Shown: positions 51,095-63,855 of the stretch, piece after piece
Position numbering within the stretch: the stretch's first letter is position 1
Layout: each line of letters opens with the position of its first letter
NCBI RefSeq assembly: GCF_018977255.1
Contig: NW_024704743.1
Coordinates: 33,482,001-33,546,000, forward strand
DNA from: Callorhinchus milii
Taxonomy: Eukaryota
Length of the DNA stretch: 64,000 nt
Direction: 5' to 3'
The notes under the pieces: generated by a model
Seen by the model: only the letters and a program-made list of their open reading frames with translations
Told to the model about the DNA's origin: nothing
Databases searched by the model: none
Made by a program: the position numbers and the translations under genes

Positions 51095-52388
51095 ACAATA
51101 AATAGTCAAAACAGCAAAAGAGTGTAAAATTATAAAACTAGGAAATTATACAAATCAATTTTGCTTAACAGTAAATATCTACAAGTCTATGACATTTCTC
51201 ATATGTACTTTCTGAGAAGGTTTTTTTCATGGTGTTAATTTGACACTACAAAAATCGTTTACTTGCAATAAATTACTTTCCACTTTATCAAGGGCTAATT
51301 TATGATATACAAGATGTTAGAAATGAACTCTATGAGATGCTAACACTGTGTGCCTTTTTGCCCTATGACTCATGCTGTTAGGGTTAAATGTCTCTGCTCT
51401 CCACCGATCTCAGGCAGCTGCTTAATGTAATGACTCTCAATGGAGTCAGCTACATTTCCCCAAAGGAGCAGTTTGAGATTCACTGAGGAGCAATGACACC
51501 GCATATTGCTGAGTTGTCACTACAGTGCCATGAAGCATTTGCACCTCAGAAGCCTTCACATAAAGTTATTATGACAAGGTTTTCACTCACATTAAATTAA
51601 ATGGGAGTACATTAGCGTGAAAATGTTATTGAAACCAAGCCCTCTCCCCTATCAAAAGAAATAACAGGTATATTCAGCATTACCTCACCGGAGTACTTTT
51701 ATCATGCCTCTCAGGCTACAGGTTCAATTTTAGTTTGTGTTAGGCAACATAAGAGTACGAAGAGTATCTTTTCAGGCGTCAAAGCTCCGCAAATGATTTG
51801 AAGCCTAATGCCTGGGTTATATTGAGACCCCGCGCTGTAATCCCAGCCTCGTGTATACAATGCGCTCAGGGGATTAGTGGAACTGCCTGAGTTATGGTGG
51901 ATGCTCCCAGCAGGACGGCTCCCCGTCTCAAATCTGTCTGTGCATTTGCTTCTTAATTGTTGGAGGTCACGGGTTGGGTTTTACTTAATAAAAATTCATG
52001 GTGACAAGCAGAATGGGGAAAATGTGGTGCTGGTGAAACAGAGGATTCGTTTGGACGAGATGTGGCCGGACCAGCTGAGCAGCAAATTTACTGCTGGCAT
52101 GCTGTGCTTAACGTACAAACCACAGTCAGCGTGGGGGCAACCTCTGAAGTTGCACAGTATCAAACTGCACAAGGGAGGCTGAATGTACTGTACTGCATTT
52201 CAGAGAATAGAAGTCACACAACGCCAGGCCTGTTGCGGCTATCCCAATATTACACTATCAAGTCCATCCTGGGATGCCACGATTCACAAACCTATCGGTG
52301 AACAAAGCAGCCAATTTACAAACAGCAATGTCCCACGAACAGCCATGAAATAAATATCACAAATTACAACAGCAACAATTTGCATTTA

Positions 52389-52877
52389 CAGTGAAGTCTG
52401 CTTTAGCTGGATGCTGGTTCACCCCAGATGCCGGGTAAATTGGATGAAACACCCGGCCCACAAAAAATCCGGGTAAAATGTCTCACTGCTCGCTGCTGAA
52501 TGTACTCACTTGTGCATTCTGCGTCACAAGTAGCTCCATTCAGCCACGAGGGTGGAGATGAGAGGAGTTACTCCCAATTGACAACTGACTCCATTCATTC
52601 ACAAGCAGCTCGGGGGGGTGGATGGTGGCGGGGGGCAGTCACTGTATCTGGTGCACATGAGGGGGACCAATTAGCGGCAGTTCCAATGTAACTCACACCT
52701 CATGGAGTCACCCTTAATTGATCTCCTTCCCATCTAATGGGAAAGGCAATGGGAAGGAAGAGGCACTCAGCAGAGGAGATGGAGAGAAGAGAAAGCTAAG
52801 AACTTTGGTTTCCGGACACTGGGTAAATCGGACAAAACTCTCTGACCCGAGGCATCCGGCTAAAGCGTATTCCACTG
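52389..52877. mobile_element. Non-autonomous Tc1/mariner (pogo/Tigger-like) DNA transposon, 489 bp
   Basis: 26-bp TIRs cagtgaagtctgctttagctggatgc / gcatccggctaaagcgtattccactg (21/26 match); TA on both sides; interrupts an L2 tail. Confidence 0.85.
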
Positions 52878-52879
52878 TA

Positions 52880-53140
52880 TATAGCGTTCCCCACACAGGG
52901 TAGTGTCTCAGACTGCTCGATAGTGGCGGAGCCTGATGCCGAGCCAGGGGTTGGTGGGGGTGATCGTAAGTACGGTCGAAGAGGAAGGGCTTCAGATGCG
53001 ATCTGAAGATTGGGAAAGGAGGGAGAGAGTTCCAGAGTTTCGGGTGTAGCGGCTGAAAGCTCGGCCGCCAAGTGTGGATCGGAGGGCATGAGAGACAAGC
53101 AGTAGGCCAGAGCCAGTTGAGTCGAGGCGATGGGCAGATG
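52880..53140 (-). mobile_element. L2 3'UTR; its tail continues at 52365-52388 on the other side of the MITE
   Basis: atagcgttccccacacagggtagtgtctcaga...gagagttccagagtttcgggtgtagcggctgaa. Confidence 0.8.
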
Positions 53141-53174
53141 GTGTGAAGCCAGGTTTGGGACTCAAGAAATGTGT

Positions 53175-53450
53175 GGAGTCCTGTAGCTCAGTGGTTAGAG
53201 CACTCGCCTCACAAGCGAGAGACCTGGGTTCGATTCCCGGTAGGGCGAAACTTTAGGCAAGTTTCCTTACTCCACACGCCTGATAATAATCCTCAAGAAA
53301 AAAAACAATAATAATTTGGTCACTTCAATCCACGACTGTTTGTGGGGCACTGTTGTGCGCAATTGGCTGCCACGTTTCGCCCACAAAAATGCAGTCAAAC
53401 ATCTAGAAGACGTGAAAAGCGCTATATCAAATTCAAAGATTATTGTTATT
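53175..53450 (+). mobile_element. tRNA-derived SINE with a small 3' deletion
   Basis: ggagtcctgtagctcagtggttagagc...gggttcgattcccgg. Confidence 0.9.
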
Positions 53451-54680
53451 ATAATGTGCATGTTTGAGGTTTTATTATCATTTTGGAATCCATAATGGTG
53501 GAGCACGGATGGATTTGCCCAATGAGAATATAGCCTCAAGTATCAAGCAGAGTGGTATTGACTGCAGAAAATATCTCCACCATGTGAAAAATGCAAAATC
53601 AAAATTGCGTTCAGCTGCAAATCTAGACATACAGCTAGAGGCAGCTCCCTGTCCCAGAAAAGCTCTGACCTCCACTCAGGAGATGATGACTCAGCTCTTT
53701 AGGACTGCAGCCACAGGACAGGAAGGTGTCCATGCATGACTGGAAAGCTCAATTGATCATAAATAATACGGATAAAAACTCCATAAATTGCAGTGTTCAG
53801 TTTGTGAATGAAATTACAGGGTTTGCCATGAGACTCAATTTAAAAAAATCAGGAGTATTACAATCTCCAAAGCTTGCACGGACAGTTTTATAGTGCATAT
53901 TTTGCTTTCTGACCTCGTCAGACTTCTTTCTCAGGCTTTTTTCAGCCAAAGAACAGCAAAGTGAACAAGAACAGTGAAAAGCCAGCCGGCCATCCTCAAG
54001 ACTTCAGGCTTGGGGATGTTAGATTTTACGCTCCTATCCACTGTTGGCATCATCCTGGCTCGGTCGGTAACACTCGTGGGTCTGAATCTTCAAGATATGG
54101 GTTCACGTGCCACATCGGAGCTTTGAGCTAATAGTCTAGGCTGAATTGGGAGTTCAATGGGAGAGCCCTGCATTGTCAGAGCCCGATCCTGCCATCAGCC
54201 AACAAACACACACACACACTGTTGTGCTCAACCGGCTGCTGCGTTTCACCGACAAAACACACAATCAATCTCCTTTACAGTATATCCTGTGAAGCGCTTT
54301 GAGATGTCTTGTCAACAAGATAAAAGTTATAATCTGGGCCAATAGAAAAGTGCGGACATTTTTTGCAAAAAATTGCAGAACGCTTTACAGACTTGCGAGA
54401 AATTACAAAGGTCTTCGCTAAATTTTGTGGGTGGTTTGCGAGAAAATTGCGGGGGTTGATTGGTGCCATTGAGGTACATTTTACTGCTACTTTTTTCAGT
54501 TTATTGATAAAAACTAAACATAAGGAAATAACACATTAGATTGTTGCAAAAACAATTATTAATTGCTTCTTTAACAAAACCTGGGTGGTCATTTTGTGTG
54601 TGTGGGTGGGGGGGGAGAACGACAGGACACCAGCGAGGCTACAGGAGCTCACCACATCCTGCCTCTCAGGTCCCACATCG

Positions 54681-55060
54681 CACACAGACACACAGACCCA
54701 GAGAGAGACACACACACACAGACCCAGAGAGAGACACACACACACACAAAGACACAGAGAGAGACGCACACACTCACAGACACAAAGAGAGACACACACA
54801 CTCACAGATCCACAGAGAGACACACGTACTCAGACACAGAGCAACATACGCACACAGACACAGAGAGAGAGACACACACACTCACAGACACAGAGAGACA
54901 CACGCACACAGACAGAGAGAGACACACACACTCAGACTCAGAGAGACACGCTCACAGACACAGAGAGACACACACACACACAGATCCACAGAGAGGCACA
55001 CACTCACAGACACAGAGAGAGACACACACACACACACACTCAGACACAGAGAGACACAGA
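54681..55060. repeat. Compound (CA)n/(GA)n microsatellite-minisatellite
   Basis: cacagacacagagagacacacacact-like units. Confidence 0.95.
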
Positions 55061-55134
55061 CCCCGGGCACAGTGACATCAGGTAAACAGCCCGAGCGGCC
55101 CGCGGGCCGGAGGGTTTGTAGCGGTGGCTCGAAC

Positions 55135-55312
55135 GGGGAGCAGGGGGAGGTTCGGGGAGTGCGGGGGGAGGTGCAGGGAATGCCAGGGGAGGTGCGGGGA
55201 GTGCGGGTGGAGGTTCAGGGAATGCGGGGGGAGGTGCGGGGAGGTGTATGGAATGCAGGGCAGGTGCGGGGAGTGAGGAAGGAGGTGCAGGGAATGTGGG
55301 GGGAGGTGTGGC
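55135..55312. repeat. G-rich 21-bp minisatellite, about 8 units
   Basis: ggggaggtgcggggagtgcgg-like units. Confidence 0.9.
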
Positions 55313-55399
55313 TGCAGTTTATAACACATCACAGGGAGCAATTTTCACCTTTATTTCTAGTCTGATGTATCAAAATAGGTCTTGCAATTGAGCTCCTGC

Positions 55400-55690
55400 C
55401 AGTATAGTATTGAACATCTCAAAGTGCTTAAGAGTTGTAGTGACTGTGCATTTTCGGCAAATGCAGCAGCTGATTGGTGTATATCGATGGCCCACAAACA
55501 GCCATGACGTGAATGAGCAATTTATCTGGAGGATTTTTGGTCAGGACACTGGAAGAAGCTCCTTTCTTTTTTTGAATCGTGTGTAGGGATCTTTAACATC
55601 TACTCAAATAAACAGACGTGATCTCGGTGTCAATCTACTTCAAAGGGACGGCCTCTCCAACATCGCAGTATCCTCCCGTGTCAGTCTACA
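55400..55690 (-). mobile_element. Old Deu-domain SINE
   Basis: cccacaaacagccatga...ggtcaggacactgg...gggatctttaacatc...aagggacggcctctccaaca. Confidence 0.7.
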
Positions 55691-58129
55691 CTGTGATATC
55701 AAGGATGATCACTTAGGCAAGGCACATACGCTGCTGTATCCGCAGATGTGTCCCCAGCATTACTGATAGCTTCTGCCCCTGTAGCGGTGAGTGAGGCAGA
55801 GGAACAAACTCCATTACCACACAAGGACACAGCTTATCATGGAGCGGATGAGTCAGATGTGGCAACCGGCCCAAGGGAAGGATGGGGATTCACTGGGGAT
55901 CCAGCACATAACCCATTCAGCTACTTGCGCGAAAGGAAAGGATATTTCAATCGTTGTGGTTATAGGTTGTTGCATCACTAACTACAGACTTCCTGAAACT
56001 GCAGAACGGAAGGAACTCCAGAATGACCATTGGAGAAATAAGAGCTGTGAAGCCTGGCTTAGTTTCACAGCTCCAGCCCCTACACCCCACCTCTAAACCA
56101 CTGAGCTGATGTCATTTGTAAGGGATGGGCCAGGCGGAGAGTTGGCAAGATGTCTACTGTATCTTTATATTCTGTATTCATAATATCAACTCTGAGTTTC
56201 AAATAGTTTCAAATCAACCTCTTGACTGTAATCGGAAATGTATCACAGCGACCTGCAAGAACTCCACTCTGACACCATCTATTAATAATAATAATAATTG
56301 TTCTCGCATTTGGTTTAGCGCTTTACCATGTCAAAAAGCGCTTCATGGAGCAATTTTAAATTGTACCGAACAGCAAACTTTTGCGGGCTGTTTATGGGAG
56401 ATAGCTGTGCGCATATCGGCAGCGGTGTTGGCCCATAAAAATACACAGTCACTCCACTTTACACTTTACTCCACTGTACCAAATGTGAGGATCATTGAAC
56501 CTGATAGTCAGTTTCTACCCAGTCTTAGAGTTGTTTATCTCTACTGAGCTGGAGGAATAGCCTCCTGGATGAAGAAGGATCTGGTTCAGTTCTGGCGCCT
56601 CTCACAGTCCAAAACACGCTGATCCTTTTCCCATGTGAAGAAAATTCAGCTGGACAAGGTAGTAGATGCACTTAGCCCTGTATCACAGAGTATGTCACCA
56701 ACAAATTTATATTTATGTAGCGCTTTGCAAATTGCGGAGGAACAGTGATGTAGCTGATAGGTCCAGATTTACCACCATGGTGTGAGGGTGGAGGGGTGGG
56801 AGATGTGAGTACAAAGCAAGACCAATTTCCATACCCACTTTGCTGAGTTTTCAATCAATTTCATCCAGAGAGACACTGGAGAGACGCTGTACAGAAGCCA
56901 AGACACCTCCCACTTGTGATGACAGTGTGAGTCCTCAATGAGCCATACGTATTCTCCTGTCAACAGCTGGGCATGGCTGCATTGACATTAGTGTNAAAAA
57001 AGAGGAAAAGAGCAAAATAGGAGGAGGCCATTCAGACCATCAAGCCTGTTCTACCAGTTTATTGGATTTTCATAGATCTTTTAATTCCAATGGCCCCACC
57101 CTATCTCCAAACCCCTTAATATCTATGGAAATCTAAACTCGTTCTCATGCTTTGCCCTTATCTTCAGGAGGTTTGAAGCAAATGAAGCAAATGAGAGGAG
57201 ACCCCCCACCCCCACCCCCAGTAATGGATTGAAGTGACAGCCTAGACTGAGCTCAAAGTACCGATGAGGGGTTTGAACCCACAACCATCTAACTCAGGTG
57301 AGAGTGCAACATATTAGAAGTACATTTTCATATGTATATGCATTCACTTGCATAAATTATGTTATTTATACTTATTTCTATCAGTCCTGTAACAGTCCAT
57401 CATCATCGCAATGCATATCTTATTTCTGGAGATACAGAAGGTAATTCAGCAGATTTTTATTTTATTGAGGTGAACAATTGTCACAATCAAGTACAATACT
57501 CTTGATATATCCAGAAAATAGACTTGTTCTTGCAGACAAACACTGTGGATCAACCAATTTTAATAGCACGTTAAGCGACATTACAGCTTGTAAAGGCTGC
57601 ATTAGGGCAATCATAAAACTTGCCAATTTAATCACATTTAAACATCACTACACAGAACAAGCTACAAGCTACTTACACAGTATAACATGAAAGTGCAATA
57701 TCTATAGTGTCTCATGAGTACCGGTCAGATATGTACTAGCATTATTGTGATTGAAGTACGTTTATCATCAATGGCACATCACGCAGAATAACACTGACAC
57801 AGTGACAGTGCTGTCTGTATGGCTGCTATCATAAGTGTCACAGAATGAAAAGGATGTAATAGCTAACACAGCTACTTCCACAATAGGGATAGTTACAAAT
57901 CAATGATTTATGATAACCCTTATAATTGATATACCTAGAATATTGAAACATCTCAAAGTGCTTTACCATACTTACTGTGATTATGCAGTGACTGTGTAGG
58001 TGAATGCGGAAGTTAATTTGTGCGCAGCAATGTCCCACAAGCAGTCAGAGGATGTATAATCAATTTATGTGCAGGATTGTTGGACAGGACACTCTCTTTT
58101 TAAATAGTATCATGGGTTCTTTAACATCT

Positions 58130-58955
58130 ATGAAGGCGTTGGATAGGGTGCAGAGGGGATTTACCAGAATGGTACCAGGGATGACGGACGTTAGTTATAA
58201 TAATAATCTTTGCATTTGATATAGCGCTTTTCACGTCGGGAGGACGTCCCAAAGCGCTTCACAGAATATACTGTAAAGTGAATTGACTGTATATTTGTGG
58301 GCGAACGCGGCAGCCAATTGCGCACAGCAATGTCCCACAAACAGTTGTAGATTGAAAGTGACCAATTTATTATTGTTTTTGGTTTTGGAGGGATTATTAT
58401 TAGGCGTGTGGAGTAAGGAAACTTGCCCAAGGTTTCGCCCTCTGCCTGGAATTGATCTCAGGTCTCTCGCTTGCAAAGCGAGTGCTCTAACCACTGAGCT
58501 ACAGGACTCTAAATGTGGAAAGACTAGAGAAGCTGTGATTATTCTCCTTAGAACACAGAAGGTTAAGGGGAGATTTAATAGAGGTGTTCAAAATTATCAG
58601 GGATTTTGGTTGAGTAGATAGGGAAAAACTGTTTCCACTGGCCGGTTGGTCAATCACCAGAGCGTTCAGATTAAAGATAATTGGCAAAAGAACCAGGGGA
58701 GAGATGAAGAGAATTTTTTTTACACAGAGAGACGTTACAGTCTGGAATGCACTGCCTGAAAGGGTTGTGGAAACAGATTCAATAACAACTTTCAAAAGGG
58801 AATTAGATAGTTACTTGAAAAGGAAAACATTTGCAGGGGTATGGGGAAAGAGTGGGTGAGTGGGACTGATTGGGTAGCTCTTCCACAGAGCCGGCACAGG
58901 TACGATGGGCCAAATGGCCTTCTTCTGTGCTGTAATATTCTGTGATTTTATGATA
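58130..58955 (+). mobile_element. CR1 LINE 3' end split by a young SINE (58199-58510)
   Basis: Joined translation ALDRVQRGFTRMVPGM..SY|VERLEKL*LFSLEHRRLRGDLIEVFKII...FFTQRDVTVWNALPERVV; 3'UTR gatgggccaaatggccttcttctgtgctgta(ttctgtga). Confidence 0.93.
58199..58510 (-). mobile_element. Full-length young tRNA-Ala-derived SINE
   Basis: Reverse complement near-identical to 23709-24030. Confidence 0.95.
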
Positions 58956-60133
58956 CCTTAATGGACAGATGGGATCTCAGTTTTCATGGGATTGCAAAGC
59001 CCCAATGTGTGCCTTAACATGAGCTCCTGACTCAGAGGAATTGCTACCAATTAAGCCAAGCTAATTTCCCCATGCATTGCAGGATCAGGCCCACAATCTG
59101 CCTGTTCAGTTGGATGTTAATGATTCCTTGACACTAGTTAAAAAAGAGAAGGAAGTTTCTCCCACTGCCCTGGCCAACAATCCCACAGATTAAAAAAAAG
59201 GTCTTTCAATTCATGGCTATTTATGGGACATTACTGCTGCAAATAGACTACTGTGTTTGCCTACAAAATACACAAAAATGACATTTGTATAGCGCCTTTC
59301 GCATCAGGAGGATGTCTCAAAGCACTGGACAGTCAGGGATCTGCACCTGAGCTGGTGGTTGGGATCAGGAGAGCGGGGAGGGAGATGTAGTCACTACACT
59401 TCACAGTGAAGTGCTTTGAAATGTCTTGATGTAATAAGATGCTATATCAAATTCAATTATTTATTATTATTTTAATAAAAGCCAGAGTAAAATTCCTGGC
59501 AGGCAGCCTTGCTCACACAATTCCATACTGAATCCCACTCCAAGAGTGCATTAAACACCTCCCAGTGATGCAATATCCTCAATGCTCATGGCCGAGGGAT
59601 CTTGGCTGAACGTGTTTTGGTCATGTCGCAGAAATATGTGTGAGTACTTCTAAATGGCAAAACAATATGCACGTTCCCACCACTACGGTGCTGCACATCG
59701 CCACACATATCTTCATCTGCTGCTTTAGCACAGTTAGTAGACTGCTATGATGTTCTCTGTGGGAAATGCAGAATACGAGGGAGAACACGGGATTCCTAAA
59801 AGCATTTGAGGCCCGAAATTCCACCCAATCTTAGCTTTTAAATCTAGGCCTATTTTGCCTTAATATTGGAGATCCTGCAGAAACAATCCAGTTGCTCGGT
59901 CTCAACCATTCTTCCTGGGTAATCTGATCGAGTCATTGATCACCTTCTAGTTAAAAAAAACCTTCCAGTACAGTGAAATCACCCTTTGCAACTGTGAGTT
60001 TTGTTCTGCCATCCTGGCGTATCTGAATGTAATGTTTTGGGTTTACTTACTGAATCCCATTCAGAATTTGACATGCCTCCGTAAGGTTTCCTTTCAAGAT
60101 TTCAAGACCGAGCAGACTTAACTCTAACTTATA

Positions 60134-60496
60134 TTAATAAAAATAATAATCCTTACATTTGATATAGTGCCTTATCACATCTTTGAGACGTCTCAAAACC
60201 TTCACAGAATATACTGTAAGTGAATTGACTGTATATTTGTGGGCGAAACACAGCAGCCAATTGCGCACATCAGTGTCCCACAAACAGTTGTGGATTGAGT
60301 GACCTATTTTTTTTATGGAATTATTATCCCGGAAAAGCAATCCGCCAATCAACTAACAACCGAGTTCCTACTTACTGTTAGGTAAATAGAGACATGTGGA
60401 GTAAGGAAATTTGCCCAACGTTTCGGTCTGCTGGGAATTGAACCCAGGTTTCTCACTTGTGAGGCGAGTGCTCTAACCACTGAGCTACAGGACTCC
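60134..60496 (-). mobile_element. Full-length tRNA-derived SINE, long form
   Basis: Contains the gagttcctacttactgttaggtaaatagag central segment. Confidence 0.93.
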
Positions 60497-60509
60497 ATGT
60501 CTAATCATT

Positions 60510-60825
60510 GGCGTCCTGTAGCTCAGTGGTTAGAGCACTCGCTTTGCAAGTGGAGATCTGAGTTCAATTCCAGGCAGGGCGAAACCTTGGGCAAGTTTCC
60601 TTACTCCACACGCCTAATAATAATCCCTCCAAAAACCAAAAACAATAATAAATTGGTCATTTTCAATCTACGATTGTTTGTGGGACATTGCTGTGCGCAA
60701 TTGTCTGCTGCGTTTGCCCACAAATATACAGTCAATTCACTTTACAGTATATTCTGTGAAGCGCTTTGGGACGTCCTCCAGACGTGAAAAGCGCTATATC
60801 AAATGCAAGGATTATTATTATTATT
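60510..60825 (+). mobile_element. Full-length young SINE with a 12-13-bp target-site duplication
   Basis: tgtctaatcattg at 60498-60510 and 60825-60837. Confidence 0.95.
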
Positions 60826-61900
60826 GTCTAATCATTGCTCATAGCTCATTCCTCTAAAACTGGATACCAATCTTGTTATTCTCCTCTGCACTACATCCAG
60901 GTCCTGGGCAACCCCCTTATGTTGTGGTGATCAGGATTGTACTCAGTGCTCTAGGTTACTCTAGCAGCCTAACCAGAGCAACGTACAGCTTGTAATGGTA
61001 ACTACATCTGTGAACAGCTTCTGCTTAATTTTAGGTGCCTTTCCAATTACCCTGTTTCTCCTGGAATTTGAGAATTCATCTATTCAAGTATTCCACTGAG
61101 CTTCGTGCTCTATCTGCTCTAATAGCTTCCGCAATTAAATCTGCTTAATATTGTTTGTTTCTCTTGTGGCTGGTGGAAACATAAACACAATTTGCATTGT
61201 GTGATGCAGTGTGCGCTCTCTCTCTCTTTCACACACACACACATGCACATATGCTTTCAATAAGACATTTCTTGCCTTCTCTTCAACAGTATTGGAATTG
61301 AGGTTGCACCAACATTGGAAGTCATTTCATTTTGTGACCCCTTTAGCACATCATTCCTTTAATCAAAATTTTCATTTTTAACGTGTACCATTTCCACTAT
61401 GGATACTCTAGCGTCCCACATCAGGCCAGTGAGCTCACATCAGGACATTGATTTAAGCTAGCATTCCAGTGCAATGCTGGAGGAGAACTGCATTGTAAGA
61501 GGTGCCGTCGGATGAGACATTAAACCGAAGTCTTGTGTGTCTGCTCATGGCAGTGGTGGCCAACCTCCTTGGTTGACCAACCAAGTAAATGTTTCGTGAT
61601 TGAATATTTATTGATGTATGGCATAACTGTATGCTATTTTGTTACTTCTATGATTATTTTGTTGGCTAATCAAAAAGGTTGCCCAAACAGGTTGGCCATC
61701 ACTGGATCAACTACTGCTTCTATTTAAATTATTTTCAGGGGGATATTAAAGATCCCATGGCACTTTTCAAAAAGAAAAGGGAATTTCTCCTGAGGTCCTG
61801 GCCAGTAATCCCAAAAACTGATCATTTTGTGGCTGTTTGTCGGACACTGCAAATTGTGTGCAAATTGGCTGCTGCATTCCCCTACAAAATACATTGTCAC

Positions 61901-62165
61901 TAATAATAATAATAATCCTTGCATTTGATATAGCGCATTATCATATCTTCAAGATGTCTCAAAGCGCTTCACAGAATATACTGTAAAGTGAATTGACTGT
62001 ATATTTTATGGGCGAAATGGACTGAAGTGACCGATTTATTTATTTTTTTGAAGGAATTATTCCCCCCGGAAAAGCGATCTGCCAAACAACTAACAACTGG
62101 GTTCCTATTTACTGCTAGTTAAAGAGAGGCATGTGGAGTAAGGAACCTTCCCAACATTTTGCCCT
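61901..62165 (-). mobile_element. tRNA-derived SINE, long form, headless fragment
   Basis: (AAT)n tail, body, and central segment gggttcctatttactgctag. Confidence 0.8.
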
Positions 62166-63444
62166 ACTTTACACATTACAGTAAATCCGGTGACGTCTCA
62201 ATGTCATGATAATATATCAAATGCAAGGATTATTTTATTTCCATTCCAGCAAAACCCCTTCAGAGGAAACTATTCTGCTCTTTTGAATACTTTCACTAAT
62301 GTATTGCTGTGTTACGTGTACTATTTTAAATCTTACATTACTTCTGTTAAACATAATGATAGGAGAAAAAGTAGATGAAGAAAGGCCACTTCTGTGAGAT
62401 AACAGATTTGTACTGAGGTGCAGGTTCCTTCTGGTGCAGATGCAGAAACATTGACTAATTTTTTTACCCTCTCCCAAACCGGAGACACAAATACCTATTC
62501 CAGTACTCAGACTTCCATGCCAGCTGAGAGAGAGATCAGATAATAATAATAAAAATAATCCTTGCATTTAGTATATTACATTTCACATCAGGTGGATGTC
62601 CCAAACCACTTCATAGGGGATATATATTGTAAACTCCAGTGACTGTGTGTTTTGTGGGCAAATATAAATACAGCAATCACATAAATGTATATATTGTAGT
62701 ATTTCGCACACTACGGATTGGAATTCGGAGTTTCCTACTCCTCATATCTCTATTTCTCATGGGTACACAAGTTTCTTCGTTGTTTCTAAACTAAATTAAC
62801 TTTTACCAACACTGGGCCTGCATCAACATGCGAAGCCCATATGCTGTTGCTGTCCTTTGGTCAAAGGGCTCTGCTGTGAATGGGTAGAAGATGAATAAAG
62901 TCACTGGGGACTATCATGCACAGTTCGTTAAACCCTAGCGTGTTGTTGCATTGCATTAAAGACTGTGCATAACATCTCCTTAGTCATTCGTTAAGGTTAA
63001 TGAATATGAATTAAAAAGAGCAGATTAGAAGTTGAGGTACTGAAAGGCATCACACGTGGACAAAAGCTGTTTATTAAGCCTGTTACTGGACTGTTACCTG
63101 GTGCTTGAATGAAAACACAGACCAAGATGGCAACATTTTTCAGCAATTGCAAAGTCTGATTAATAAGAGCAGAGTCCGTCATTTCGGCACGCACCGGGCA
63201 GATATATCCGAAATTCACTGTGAAAAATGATTAATATTCAACAAGAGTATGTACTGAGGTCGAACATTTATGAATTCTTGAGAATCCTGTTGTTAACACT
63301 GTATTGTTAATTCTGTTTAGAGCCAAAGCAAGAGCACTTCTGTGACTCATAATCGTTCATGCCATCCCAGAGTTATATCATTCCTTCGATCATCGGGACA
63401 GTGCCTATTGTTAGATAGGCCAGCTCATCAAGATTTTATGTATA

Positions 63445-63855
63445 ATAACCCTTGCATGTGGTATAGCACCTTTCACATCAGGAGGGCTTCACAGGATATA
63501 CTGTAAAGTGTAGTGAATGTGTATTTTGCAGCCTGTAGTGGCCTATAGTGACACAAACAGCAATGAAGTGAATGACCAATTTTAACTGGGAGATTGTTAG
63601 CCAGGACACCAGGAGAAACTTCCTCGTCTTTTCGACTTGTACCATGGGATCTTTAACTTTCATCTGAACAAGCACAGATGGGAGCTTGGTTTTATATCTC
63701 ATCCTAAGGATGGCACCACCAACAATGCAGTGCTCCCACCAGCACTATATTGGAGTCTGCCGAGACTACACAAGTTCAAAGTTTCAACTTGGGGCTTGCA
63801 CCCACAATCTTCTGACTCAAAATTATGTGTGTGACAAACTGAGCTAGGCTGATAC
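63445..63855 (-). mobile_element. Near full-length Deu-domain SINE
   Basis: ccatgggatctttaac...atctcatcctaaggatggcaccaccaacaatgcagtgc (Deu core, reverse) and head ttctgactc...actgagctaggctgatac. Confidence 0.85.

Noticed and set aside
53464..53739. 91-aa ORF in unique DNA (also 24754-24963, 51877-52182 and 55748-56096)
   Set aside because: No recognisable domain; lengths are compatible with chance; no supporting exon chain
54541..55365. 274-aa ORF and overlapping T/H/R/E-rich ORFs
   Set aside because: They are translations of CA/GA and G-rich tandem repeats that lack stop codons by composition
56042..56073. 12-bp hairpin gagctgtgaagc / gtttcacagctc
   Set aside because: Too short for a pre-miRNA and plausible by chance in 64 kb
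56995..56995. Single N base
   Set aside because: Assembly ambiguity or contig join, not biological; adjacency across it is uncertain
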